This document shows positions 17,704 through 26,105 of a stretch of 34,627 nt of DNA, piece by piece. The stretch's first letter is position 1. Each line of letters starts with the position of its first letter. The notes beneath the pieces are model-generated. The model was not told the origin of the DNA. It did no database searches and saw only the letters and a list, made by a program, of their open reading frames with translations. Source of the DNA: an uncultured archaeon (lineage in GTDB: Archaea > Thermoplasmatota > Penumbrarchaeia > JASLWR01); assembly GCA_964342815.1 (NCBI GenBank), contig CAYFHS010000022.1, forward strand, positions 33,948 through 68,574, given 5' to 3'. A program made the translations under genes and the position numbers.

Positions 17704-18174
17704 CTAAAGCCATCCCTTCAGGGGCGATCGGTTCTTCTCGAGAGCCAATTTTTCCAGGAACACGTCTGCCGATATGGCTGTTGGGCAAACCGTTAGCAGT
17801 CCTAATTCGGAATATGCCTCATCCCTTTTTGGGTCCGATACCCTAGCAATGACCTGCCGGACCGTAAACATCCTCTTAGCTACTTGAGCTGACATTATGT
17901 TGACATTATCCTCCCCAGTGGTTGCAATAAAAAAATCCGCTTCACCGAGTTTCGTACGTTCCAGTACCTTGAACTCCGTTACGTCCCCGATGATGTGAAA
18001 ACCGCTGAACTCCACGGAGAGATTCCTGAACGCTTTCTCGTCGATATCCACGATCATAATGCTGTAACCCAACGCACTCAGCTTGTTTGCGAGGTACGAA
18101 CCTAGACGACCGCATCCGGCAATTACCCCCAGCCGCTGTTTTTTGATAGGCAACAAAGATACCTCCTTACGCAT
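17704..18174 (-). CDS. TrkA N-terminal (NAD-binding RCK) domain-only protein
   Basis: IAGCGRLG, IVDID, GDVTEFKVLERTKL, TGEDNVN, IARVSDP; ends without an RCK-C domain. Confidence 0.85.
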   Translation of the reverse strand: MRKEVSLLPIKKQRLGVIAGCGRLGSYLANKLSALGYSIMIVDIDEKAFRNLSVEFSGFHIIGDVTEFKVLERTKLGEADFFIATTGEDNVNIMSAQVAKRMFTVRQVIARVSDPKRDEAYSELGLLTVCPTAISADVFLEKLALEKNRSPLKGWL

Positions 18175-18458
18175 TCAATTTCTCATTTAGCACATCCAAC
18201 GATTCTACTATGATTGGCCAATTACTGTAATTCACAGGTTCACAGGGAAATGATAACCCAATGTAATATTTATGTTTACTTATATAACTTTCTACGGCAT
18301 TGGATGGCCCTTAATACGTCGGATTATCCATATCTGAACGGGATTTCCAAACACGGACGGGTATTTGGAATCAAGGCAGAAGGTTTAAAATGAATGGTTT
18401 GTATAATTGAATTTATTTAAGATACTGCATCACGCAAAGAGATATTATTCGTACAAAA

Positions 18459-18464
18459 AGGTGA
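18459..18464 (+). promoter_or_regulatory. Shine-Dalgarno site for the surface protein
   Basis: AGGTGA 5 nt upstream of ATG 18470, supporting that start over 18407. Confidence 0.6.
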
Positions 18465-18469
18465 AATCA

Positions 18470-20470
18470 ATGAAAAGAACAATTGTTATTATTCTTGTAC
18501 TAGCAGTACTGTTTCCGGCAGTTGGCCACCTCCACGCATCGTACACGTTTTTGGAATATTCCCGGACCGATGATAATGATATGAGCAATGCCACAGTGAT
18601 CGCGCTGAACGGAAGCGTCCAGGATACTTTACACAATGAAACGGATTTCGTGGACTGGTACAAAGCGGAGGTGACTGCAGGGGACATTATAATCATCAAC
18701 CTCACGGTCCCCGACACAGGGGATTTGGACCTTTCGGCATACAATACGAACTCAGAGCTGGTTGGTAAAAGCTGGACCTACCGGACCGGCGGCTTTGAGG
18801 AGACAACCTTCATGGCGAACATGACTGGTTATTACTATATTGCAGTCTCGACATTTGAAGGGAACGGAAATTATACGCTTTTCGTGTTGAAGGATAGCGA
18901 ATATGTTCACGACGGAAATGATTTTCGATACACGGCAACGGAAATTACCGAGTTGGTAACGATAAACGAGAAACATGAAATGATCGAAGGTATCGATGAT
19001 AATGATTTTTTCAAAATATACCTGGGTGTGAACGATCAGCTCACAGCATCTTTATCCTATCAACCGGGCCAGAACTTCAATCTGTACTGCCTGGGACCTG
19101 ACGGTACCATATTGAACGAATCGGCCAACTTTACCGGGAGTGAGGAAGCCGCCATAACTGCAGCAAGCGAAGGGTGGTATTATGTCCAGGCATCCGTGTT
19201 ATGGGGTTCCGGTGATTATTATCTTTCCATTATCGTTGTGCGGGCGAACAGCCCTCCCGTAATAACAGAGGCACTCCCTCAAGGGACCACAATTACGGTG
19301 GACGAAGGTGTTTCGGTCATTTTCAGTATAAATACCAGCGATCCCGAGTTAGACATACTGGATTATACCTGGGAGGTGGACAACATAGTTGTGACGGGCG
19401 AGAACACAGGTGAATACAATCTCTCGACCTCATACGAAGATACCTACTCTGAGGGAAATTACCGGGTAGTGGTTTCTGTGGATGACGGCTACAATTCAGT
19501 CTCTCATGGGTGGAATCTCATTGTGGTGGATCGGAATCCATCGCCTGTTATGAAGATAAAATGGCCCCTGGAAGACGAAGTAAACATATCCGAGAACGAA
19601 AACGTTCTTTTTGTCACGGATATAGAAGATCCTGATGGAACGATTCCGGTAATAAGATGGTTGGTCAACAACGTCCAGCAGATTGGTGAGGCAGATGAAA
19701 GTTTCAACTTCAGGGCGAATTACAGCATGGCAGGGACCTACAAGGTTGAGATCGAGGTTATTGATTCCGCCGACCAGACTATGAGGCTCGTTAAGATGTG
19801 GACAATAACTGTAACCGATATCGACAGAGAGCCTGTAGTAACCGAGATTATTCCGATTCTGAACGGCCAGACTGACGAGGAAACGGCCCTTACCCTTAGC
19901 TTCAATTTCACCAATCCCGACGGCGATGCAGTTACGTACCGATGGTATTTCGACGGTGTATTACTGGGTGGGGAGGAGATATACCGATATATTTACATTC
20001 CGAGCTATTCCAGCTACGACGGGAATAAACACATGGTTCGTGTGGAAGCAACTGTAGGTCTACACGAACTGAATAACAGCTGGGTGCTTACGATTACAGA
20101 CGTAAATCGTCTCCCGCAAATAGATAATACTACCCAGTCGCCAAAGGCCGGGCTGAAGTTCAAGGAAGATAAGAAGATAGCTTTTTCTGCAGAAGCGGTG
20201 GATCCGGACGGTGATAATATCACCTATTCATGGGTGAATATCGTAACAGGTGAGGAGTTATCCACCGGAAAGTCGTTTTCCAAAAGTTTCACGGCAGGAA
20301 TGCATACGATTATGCTCACGGTTACAGACGGAAAAGGCGGGAAAGACACGATGGAATTTATCCTGGAAGTAAAAGCGGAGGAAGATTCTCCGGGATTCGG
20401 TCTCGGTACTATTATTTTTGTCGTTAGTTCCATCGTGCTTGTTGGTTACCGCAGGTTCCGCAAAAGTTAG
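18470..20470 (+). CDS. Secreted cell-surface glycoprotein: two PPC-like domains, Ig/PKD-like repeats, PGF-CTERM-like sorting signal
   Basis: Signal peptide MKRTIVIILVLAVLFPAVG; DWYK...DLDL...GYYYIAV and DFFKI...NFNL...GWYYVQ (PPC-like); NSPP/NPSP/NRLP-initiated beta repeats; HTIMLTVTDGKG (PKD-like); SPGF-TM-RRFRKS; 16 NxS/T sequons by manual count. Confidence 0.85.
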   Translation: MKRTIVIILVLAVLFPAVGHLHASYTFLEYSRTDDNDMSNATVIALNGSVQDTLHNETDFVDWYKAEVTAGDIIIINLTVPDTGDLDLSAYNTNSELVGKSWTYRTGGFEETTFMANMTGYYYIAVSTFEGNGNYTLFVLKDSEYVHDGNDFRYTATEITELVTINEKHEMIEGIDDNDFFKIYLGVNDQLTASLSYQPGQNFNLYCLGPDGTILNESANFTGSEEAAITAASEGWYYVQASVLWGSGDYYLSIIVVRANSPPVITEALPQGTTITVDEGVSVIFSINTSDPELDILDYTWEVDNIVVTGENTGEYNLSTSYEDTYSEGNYRVVVSVDDGYNSVSHGWNLIVVDRNPSPVMKIKWPLEDEVNISENENVLFVTDIEDPDGTIPVIRWLVNNVQQIGEADESFNFRANYSMAGTYKVEIEVIDSADQTMRLVKMWTITVTDIDREPVVTEIIPILNGQTDEETALTLSFNFTNPDGDAVTYRWYFDGVLLGGEEIYRYIYIPSYSSYDGNKHMVRVEATVGLHELNNSWVLTITDVNRLPQIDNTTQSPKAGLKFKEDKKIAFSAEAVDPDGDNITYSWVNIVTGEELSTGKSFSKSFTAGMHTIMLTVTDGKGGKDTMEFILEVKAEEDSPGFGLGTIIFVVSSIVLVGYRRFRKS

Positions 20471-20543
20471 GTACTTTCTGAACGAAACAAGATCAAGAAA
20501 ATCACCGATATGATTAATACCCCTGTAAACTATAAGAGTAATC

Positions 20544-21329
20544 ATGCAAAGAATCGGTTTGGCACTTGGAAGCGGAGGTGCAAAGGGTCTCGCCCACATT
20601 GCTTTTCTAAAAGTATTCGATGAACTTGATATTAAACCCTCCATCATTTCCGGGAGCAGCATGGGTTCGGTTATTGGCGCTTTGTATGCTTCAGGTCTTT
20701 CCGCTTCCCAGATCGAAGAGTTATACTTCAATATGACGCTCTTCAAGGTCACAAACATGATCGACCTTTCCTTATCGAGAAAAGGGTTGACGATACGGGG
20801 AAAGAAGATAATGACCTGGCTGCGAAAAAGAATGAAATGTCGGGATTTTGCCGATCTGAAAATACCTTTGAAGATAGTTGCCACCGATTTTTGGAATCGA
20901 ACGGAAGTAGTTTTCGAAAAGGGAGATGTTGTTGACGCTGTCAGGGCCAGCATTTCGCTTCCAGGTATATTCCAGCCATACGTGATAGACGACCACATCT
21001 ATATTGACGGCGGTGTCGTGAACCCGGTTCCCTATGATCTTATCCGGGACGACTGCGACCTGTTGGTGGCCATTGACGTTTATAATTATCCTTCGGATGA
21101 CGCTAAACGAACTGTCCCGAACACCTTTGAATCCATTTTCTATACTTACGATATAATGTACAATATACTCATGAAAGAGAAAATTAACATATCTCAACCG
21201 GATATCCTTGTTCAAACCTCCCTTCAGGGCATCAATCTTCTCGATTTTCAAAAGATTCGTGAGGTATACGATTGTATCGAGGACGACGTTTCGAGATTCA
21301 AGCAGGAATTGATCTCGAGGTTGGATTGA
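20544..21329 (+). CDS. Patatin-like phospholipase family protein
   Basis: LGSGGAKG, GSSMG (GxSxG), DGG. Confidence 0.93.
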   Translation: MQRIGLALGSGGAKGLAHIAFLKVFDELDIKPSIISGSSMGSVIGALYASGLSASQIEELYFNMTLFKVTNMIDLSLSRKGLTIRGKKIMTWLRKRMKCRDFADLKIPLKIVATDFWNRTEVVFEKGDVVDAVRASISLPGIFQPYVIDDHIYIDGGVVNPVPYDLIRDDCDLLVAIDVYNYPSDDAKRTVPNTFESIFYTYDIMYNILMKEKINISQPDILVQTSLQGINLLDFQKIREVYDCIEDDVSRFKQELISRLD

Positions 21330-21429
21330 TTTTTTATTCTCATGGGAATCCGGATTGTATTCTAACCAGCTCAAGGACTGAAGAGTTAGAACCAAATAAT
21401 AATATAAAATAAATCCGGATAGACCCGCC

Positions 21430-23064
21430 ATGGATATTTTTGACTGGTTGATCACCCGTTTAATTGACGGTACCATAAAAAAGAGAGAGGACCTTCAGCG
21501 CCACAAGATAATGGCGGCAAAAGAGTTCAATATCCCCAATCTGTCAGCCAACTCAGAAATACTTAAGGCGGTTCGAGAAAGGATCCATGATCCGGCTACG
21601 TTAAAAAGAATAACAAAACTTCTCCGCAGAAAGGTGACTCGAACAATATCCGGAGTGGCTCCCGTGGCCGTTATGACCTCACCTGCAGATTGTCCCCACG
21701 GAAGATGCAAGTGCTGCCCGGGAGGTGTGTCAACAAACACCCCACAGAGCTATACCGGTCACGAACCTGCTGCTCTAAGAGGAGCGACATATGATTTCGA
21801 TCCGTATCTCCAGACTGTAAACCGTATCAACCAGCTCGAGGCAATCGGACATACCACTGCAAAAATAGACCTTATTGTTATGGGTGGGACCTTTCCGGCT
21901 AGGGATACTGATTACCAGGAAATGTTCATCAGGAGATGTTTCGACGGCATGAACAAAGCAGGAACCTTGCTTCAGAAAGATTTTGAAATTAGAGGATCGG
22001 GGACACTGGAGGAAGCCCAGATGGAAAACGAGGGGGCCGCTCATAGGTGTATTGGGCTCACCATCGAAACCCGGCCGGATTGTTGTTATGAAGACCATGT
22101 TGACCGAATGCTTTTGCAGGGTTGTACGAGAGTGGAACTGGGCGTTCAGAGCATTCATGACAGGGCTCTTCTATCCATCTCCAGGGGCCACGATGTGAAT
22201 TCGATTATAAAGGCAACCCGAACATTGAAGAACCGCGGTCTGAAAGTATGCTACCATTTGATGCCCGGGCTTCCGGGTGAAACCCCTGAGGGTGATCTGG
22301 AAATGTTTGCGAAGATATTCACCGACCAGAGTTTCAGGCCGGATATGCTGAAAATATACCCCGTTGTGGTTGTTGCCGGTACCGAACTGTATAACATGTG
22401 GAAAAGGGGAGAGTATGCTCCGTATGAACTGGGAACAATCACGGAACTGGTCGCAGAAATGAAGGCTCTTACTCCACGATACACCAGGATACAAAGGATA
22501 CAGCGGGATATTCCGGCAAAAATGATTGATGACGGTGTAAAATATTCCAATTTAAGGCAAATAGTTAGGGACTACATGAGCCTAAATAATATGAAATGCA
22601 GCTGTATAAGGTGCAGGGAGTTCGGTCATAACGCCCCTGAAAATATAGATGTGGATTTGGATCGAATTTTGTACAAGATCACCGAATACAAAGCCAGCGG
22701 ATCGATGGAATTCTTTATCGAGGGAACGGAATCGAACTCCGGGCTTCTCTGCGGATACTTGAGATTGAGATATCTATCTGGTAATGAGACCGACCTTCGA
22801 AGTGAAATTGCAGGTACCCGAACAGGAATAATCAGAGAGATAAAGGTGGTGGGTCCGCCTTTGGATATTGGAGAACGGGATGACGAACATATCCAGCATC
22901 TGAAGCTGGGGGATGCCTTGTTAAAGAAGGCAGAGCGTATCTCCAATGACCAAGGGTGCAGGCAAATACTGGTGACCTCTGGAGTGGGGGTAAGAGGATA
23001 TTACAAGGCCCGCGGCTATGACCCAGAGGGCCCCTATATGAGAAAAACCCTTCATGGAGCATAA
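21430..23064 (+). CDS. elp3: Elp3 tRNA uridine(34) carboxymethyltransferase (radical SAM + KAT domain)
   Basis: RTISGVAPVAVMT, CPHGRCKCCPGG, MGGTF, ETRPD, RVELGVQS, HLMPGLPG, PDMLKIYP, RIQRIQRDIP, CSCIRCRE, YLRLR, SGVGVRGYY. Confidence 0.96.
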   Translation: MDIFDWLITRLIDGTIKKREDLQRHKIMAAKEFNIPNLSANSEILKAVRERIHDPATLKRITKLLRRKVTRTISGVAPVAVMTSPADCPHGRCKCCPGGVSTNTPQSYTGHEPAALRGATYDFDPYLQTVNRINQLEAIGHTTAKIDLIVMGGTFPARDTDYQEMFIRRCFDGMNKAGTLLQKDFEIRGSGTLEEAQMENEGAAHRCIGLTIETRPDCCYEDHVDRMLLQGCTRVELGVQSIHDRALLSISRGHDVNSIIKATRTLKNRGLKVCYHLMPGLPGETPEGDLEMFAKIFTDQSFRPDMLKIYPVVVVAGTELYNMWKRGEYAPYELGTITELVAEMKALTPRYTRIQRIQRDIPAKMIDDGVKYSNLRQIVRDYMSLNNMKCSCIRCREFGHNAPENIDVDLDRILYKITEYKASGSMEFFIEGTESNSGLLCGYLRLRYLSGNETDLRSEIAGTRTGIIREIKVVGPPLDIGERDDEHIQHLKLGDALLKKAERISNDQGCRQILVTSGVGVRGYYKARGYDPEGPYMRKTLHGA

Positions 23065-24115
23065 GTGTGCCGGTGCTATAATGGAATCACACTCCCGTCT
23101 AATAACGACCATGGCCCTTGAGGTCACGAAACGATGTCCGCTGAGTTGCTTTTATTGTTATAATGTGAACGATAATGACCGTGACACAGTCGAGATAACT
23201 ACTGCTCAGTGGGTACAAATCATCGAAAATCTCCCCAAACTGAAAATGGGAATAATTACCGGCGGCGAGCCGCTTCTTCGCAAAGACATTTTTACAATAA
23301 TTCGGAAATTGGCCACTATAACGGAAAATCAGATACTTCTCACTTCCGGGCAAATAATGAGCGATGAGATCGCCTCAAGAGTAACCGATGCTGACATAGC
23401 ACTGCAGGTCCAGGTTTCCGATATTGGTGCGAGGTATGACGAAAATTCCCGCTCAAAGGGAGCTTTTAAAAGATTGGAGAGATCAATAATCACTTTTAAT
23501 AAACACAATTTACTTTTTACCACATCAATTGTTATATCTAAATCGAACCTTAATCGGCTTGAATCTATTTTATCATTTCACATGGCGGCGGGCAGTTCCC
23601 ATGTGCTTGCCATCAGGTACATTCCGCAGATAGGTCAAAAGGATCTGGGTGAAAAAGGTTTGACTATATCGGATTACAAGTATATGCTAATGCGGCTTAA
23701 CCGCTTTTCGAAAAAGAATAATTTACCTATCTCGCTGGGTATTCCCAATCTACCCTGCGTGGCTCTCATTGAAGACTATAAGGAAATAAACATGCCGCAC
23801 TGCAATGCGGGGAACGATTATTATGCCGTTGACGAACTTGGTCGTTTGAAGATCTGCCCTCATCATATTACTCCCGGACTCTCGTTACTGGACGTTTCCT
23901 TTGAAGAAGCCTTGGAAGGTCTTAGGGAGGTAATAATTAAAAATAAAAAACTTCCAGGAAAATGTGAAGAATGTTCATTCGTTAACAAATGTCGTGGAGG
24001 GTGCAGGAGCGGTGCGCTCTCCAGTGCCAGGGTAGGTGACCCTGTTTGTTCAGTTCAAAGTACAAATAAATCCAAAGCAAGTTATAGGGATCCAGACCCA
24101 CTGCTTCGGAAGTAG
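23054..24115 (+). CDS. Radical SAM protein with C-terminal SPASM domain, substrate unknown
   Basis: CPLSCFYC, TGGEPLLR, SPASM cysteines CNAG...ICP...CEECSFVNKCRGGC. Overlaps the elp3 3' end by 11 nt; alternative start ATG 23081. Confidence 0.88.
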   Translation: MEHKCAGAIMESHSRLITTMALEVTKRCPLSCFYCYNVNDNDRDTVEITTAQWVQIIENLPKLKMGIITGGEPLLRKDIFTIIRKLATITENQILLTSGQIMSDEIASRVTDADIALQVQVSDIGARYDENSRSKGAFKRLERSIITFNKHNLLFTTSIVISKSNLNRLESILSFHMAAGSSHVLAIRYIPQIGQKDLGEKGLTISDYKYMLMRLNRFSKKNNLPISLGIPNLPCVALIEDYKEINMPHCNAGNDYYAVDELGRLKICPHHITPGLSLLDVSFEEALEGLREVIIKNKKLPGKCEECSFVNKCRGGCRSGALSSARVGDPVCSVQSTNKSKASYRDPDPLLRK

Positions 24116-24203
24116 AAAAGGTGATCTAGGGCCGGAATTCTCCATAATAGCAAAGAAGTATTTTTATACAATCCGAGCAATTGAATGATTCGTTATTGCG
24201 AAA

Positions 24204-25076
24204 TTGAGTGTTCAAATGGATGCCGAAGACGAATTACCCAGTACGAAGGAAGGGATAAAGAGTTCACCGAGAAATTTATTATCACTTCATTATATTGTGA
24301 TAATATGTATTATCTCAGTAATTGCCTATCCATTTCTTACTCCATCTTTCCTATCGGGGATATTACCCCTTCTATGCCTTCTTTCTGCCCTGGTCTATCC
24401 CTACTCTCCCCGTGGAGTTGAAAAGGATTACTACAAGCGTATCACAATTGGTTTTATCTTTTCGGTTTCACTTCTGATGTTGATCCACCTTGCCTCCGGT
24501 AAATTGACCACCAGGGCTTCCGAGGATCTATTTATATTATTATTTTCCGGCTTGATCGCTCTGGTGGGGCTTGTGATATTGGTCGATATATTCATTACGT
24601 TCGAGAAGATGAATCCCAAATTCTGGCTAAGACTGATACCCGCAATGCTGTATATTTCCATTGCTGCCCTTTTCGTTACTATAGATGATGGAACTCTTGA
24701 GGGTACATATCGGACCATTGCTCCTTACATCACTTTCTCTGTAGTTTTAGCCTCGGGTATCCTTCTTGCAATATACTCATGGATCGAAATAGAGCGTAAA
24801 AGAATGAACTGGTTCTATATTTACTGCTCCTTCGTATCTGTGGTGGCTTTTCCGGTAGTAATGATCATCATAACAAAACTCATCACACAACCAGTTCTCG
24901 TCTCGTCGAGCTGCCACGCCACTTACGTGATCAGTAGGCGTAAGAATTTTCTGGGGAGATATCTGGAAAAACGCCGACGAACCCAGCATCTCCGCCGTTT
25001 GAAAGAAAACGGCAGCATCTCCAAAGACTTCTATTCCGTGATGTCCGGCCTGATTACTGAGAAAAACAGAAAATAG
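24204..25076 (+). CDS. Hypothetical polytopic membrane protein
   Basis: About 7 hydrophobic segments and a basic C-terminal tail. Start uncertain (TTG 24204 or ATG 24216). Confidence 0.65.
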   Translation: MSVQMDAEDELPSTKEGIKSSPRNLLSLHYIVIICIISVIAYPFLTPSFLSGILPLLCLLSALVYPYSPRGVEKDYYKRITIGFIFSVSLLMLIHLASGKLTTRASEDLFILLFSGLIALVGLVILVDIFITFEKMNPKFWLRLIPAMLYISIAALFVTIDDGTLEGTYRTIAPYITFSVVLASGILLAIYSWIEIERKRMNWFYIYCSFVSVVAFPVVMIIITKLITQPVLVSSSCHATYVISRRKNFLGRYLEKRRRTQHLRRLKENGSISKDFYSVMSGLITEKNRK

Positions 25077-25094
25077 CGAAAAGGAGAAGCAAAA

Positions 25095-26069
25095 ATGAAG
25101 GAAAAGATATTCTTTACGAGAAGGATACCTTCCGCAGGAATTGAAATTCTCAGCAAGAAATATGAGCTGCTTATCAGGGAAGACGAAAGCATCCCCACGA
25201 AAGAGGAGATAATCGAAGGTATGAGGAGGTGCGAAGGTCTAGTTTGCCTCTTGACCGACCCCATCGATGGTGATGTTCTGTCCTCCCCCGCATTAAAGTA
25301 TGTCAGCACCTATGCCGCAGGATACAATAACATCGATGTGGCATTTGCGAGCTCGAGGAAGATTCCGGTTACAAACGCCCCGGGTGCGCTTACCGAGACA
25401 ACGGCCGATATTGCTTTTTCACTACTGCTCTCCGCCGGGAGACGAGTGGTTGAAGGAGACCGTTTCCTCAGAGAAGGAAGGTTTCACGGCTGGAGTCCAA
25501 TGCTGCTTCTGGGTCAGGATATTCACGATAAAACGCTGGGCATAGTTGGTGCAGGCAGGATAGGCGGCGCTCTGGCCAGAAGGGCCGTGGGATTCGGTAT
25601 GAAAATATTATATCATAATCGTACCCCTAATTCCGATATCGAAAAGGAGACAGGAGCTGTTTACACTTCCTTTGATGAACTTCTCCGGGAGAGCGATTTC
25701 GTATCGCTTCACACACCGCTGACCCCGGAAACAAAAAATATTTTTTCGGCTATGGAGTTCGGATTGATGAAAAGAAGCGCTGTGTTCATAAACACGTCCC
25801 GAGGCCCATGCGTAAACGAGAACGATCTCGCTGACGCGCTGGAGAAAGGGGAGATATGGGCCGCAGGTCTTGATGTGTTCGAAGAGGAGCCAATGGTGAA
25901 TGAAAGGCTCTTGAGGATGGACAATGTCGTACTGCTGCCGCATCTTGGTTCAGCTTCCTTCGATACGAGAACGGGAATGGCAGTGACGGCCTGCACAAAC
26001 ATGGCTATGATGCTTGCGGGAAAACGACCGCCGAATATCGTCAATCCCGAGGTCTTGAACGATATATGA
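25095..26069 (+). CDS. gyaR: Glyoxylate reductase / D-glycerate dehydrogenase (D-2-hydroxyacid dehydrogenase family)
   Basis: AGYNNID, TNAPGALTETTAD, GAGRIG, HTPLTPET, INTSRG, GLDVFEEEP, PHLGSAS. Confidence 0.9.
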   Translation: MKEKIFFTRRIPSAGIEILSKKYELLIREDESIPTKEEIIEGMRRCEGLVCLLTDPIDGDVLSSPALKYVSTYAAGYNNIDVAFASSRKIPVTNAPGALTETTADIAFSLLLSAGRRVVEGDRFLREGRFHGWSPMLLLGQDIHDKTLGIVGAGRIGGALARRAVGFGMKILYHNRTPNSDIEKETGAVYTSFDELLRESDFVSLHTPLTPETKNIFSAMEFGLMKRSAVFINTSRGPCVNENDLADALEKGEIWAAGLDVFEEEPMVNERLLRMDNVVLLPHLGSASFDTRTGMAVTACTNMAMMLAGKRPPNIVNPEVLNDI

Positions 26070-26105
26070 AAATGATCGGAGGCGACCGTTCTGGACGACA
26101 CTACC

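Noticed and set aside
20258-21476. Long antisense ORFs 20258-20998 (246 aa) and 20772-21476 (234 aa)
   Set aside because: Opposite the motif-complete patatin gene; no recognisable domain.
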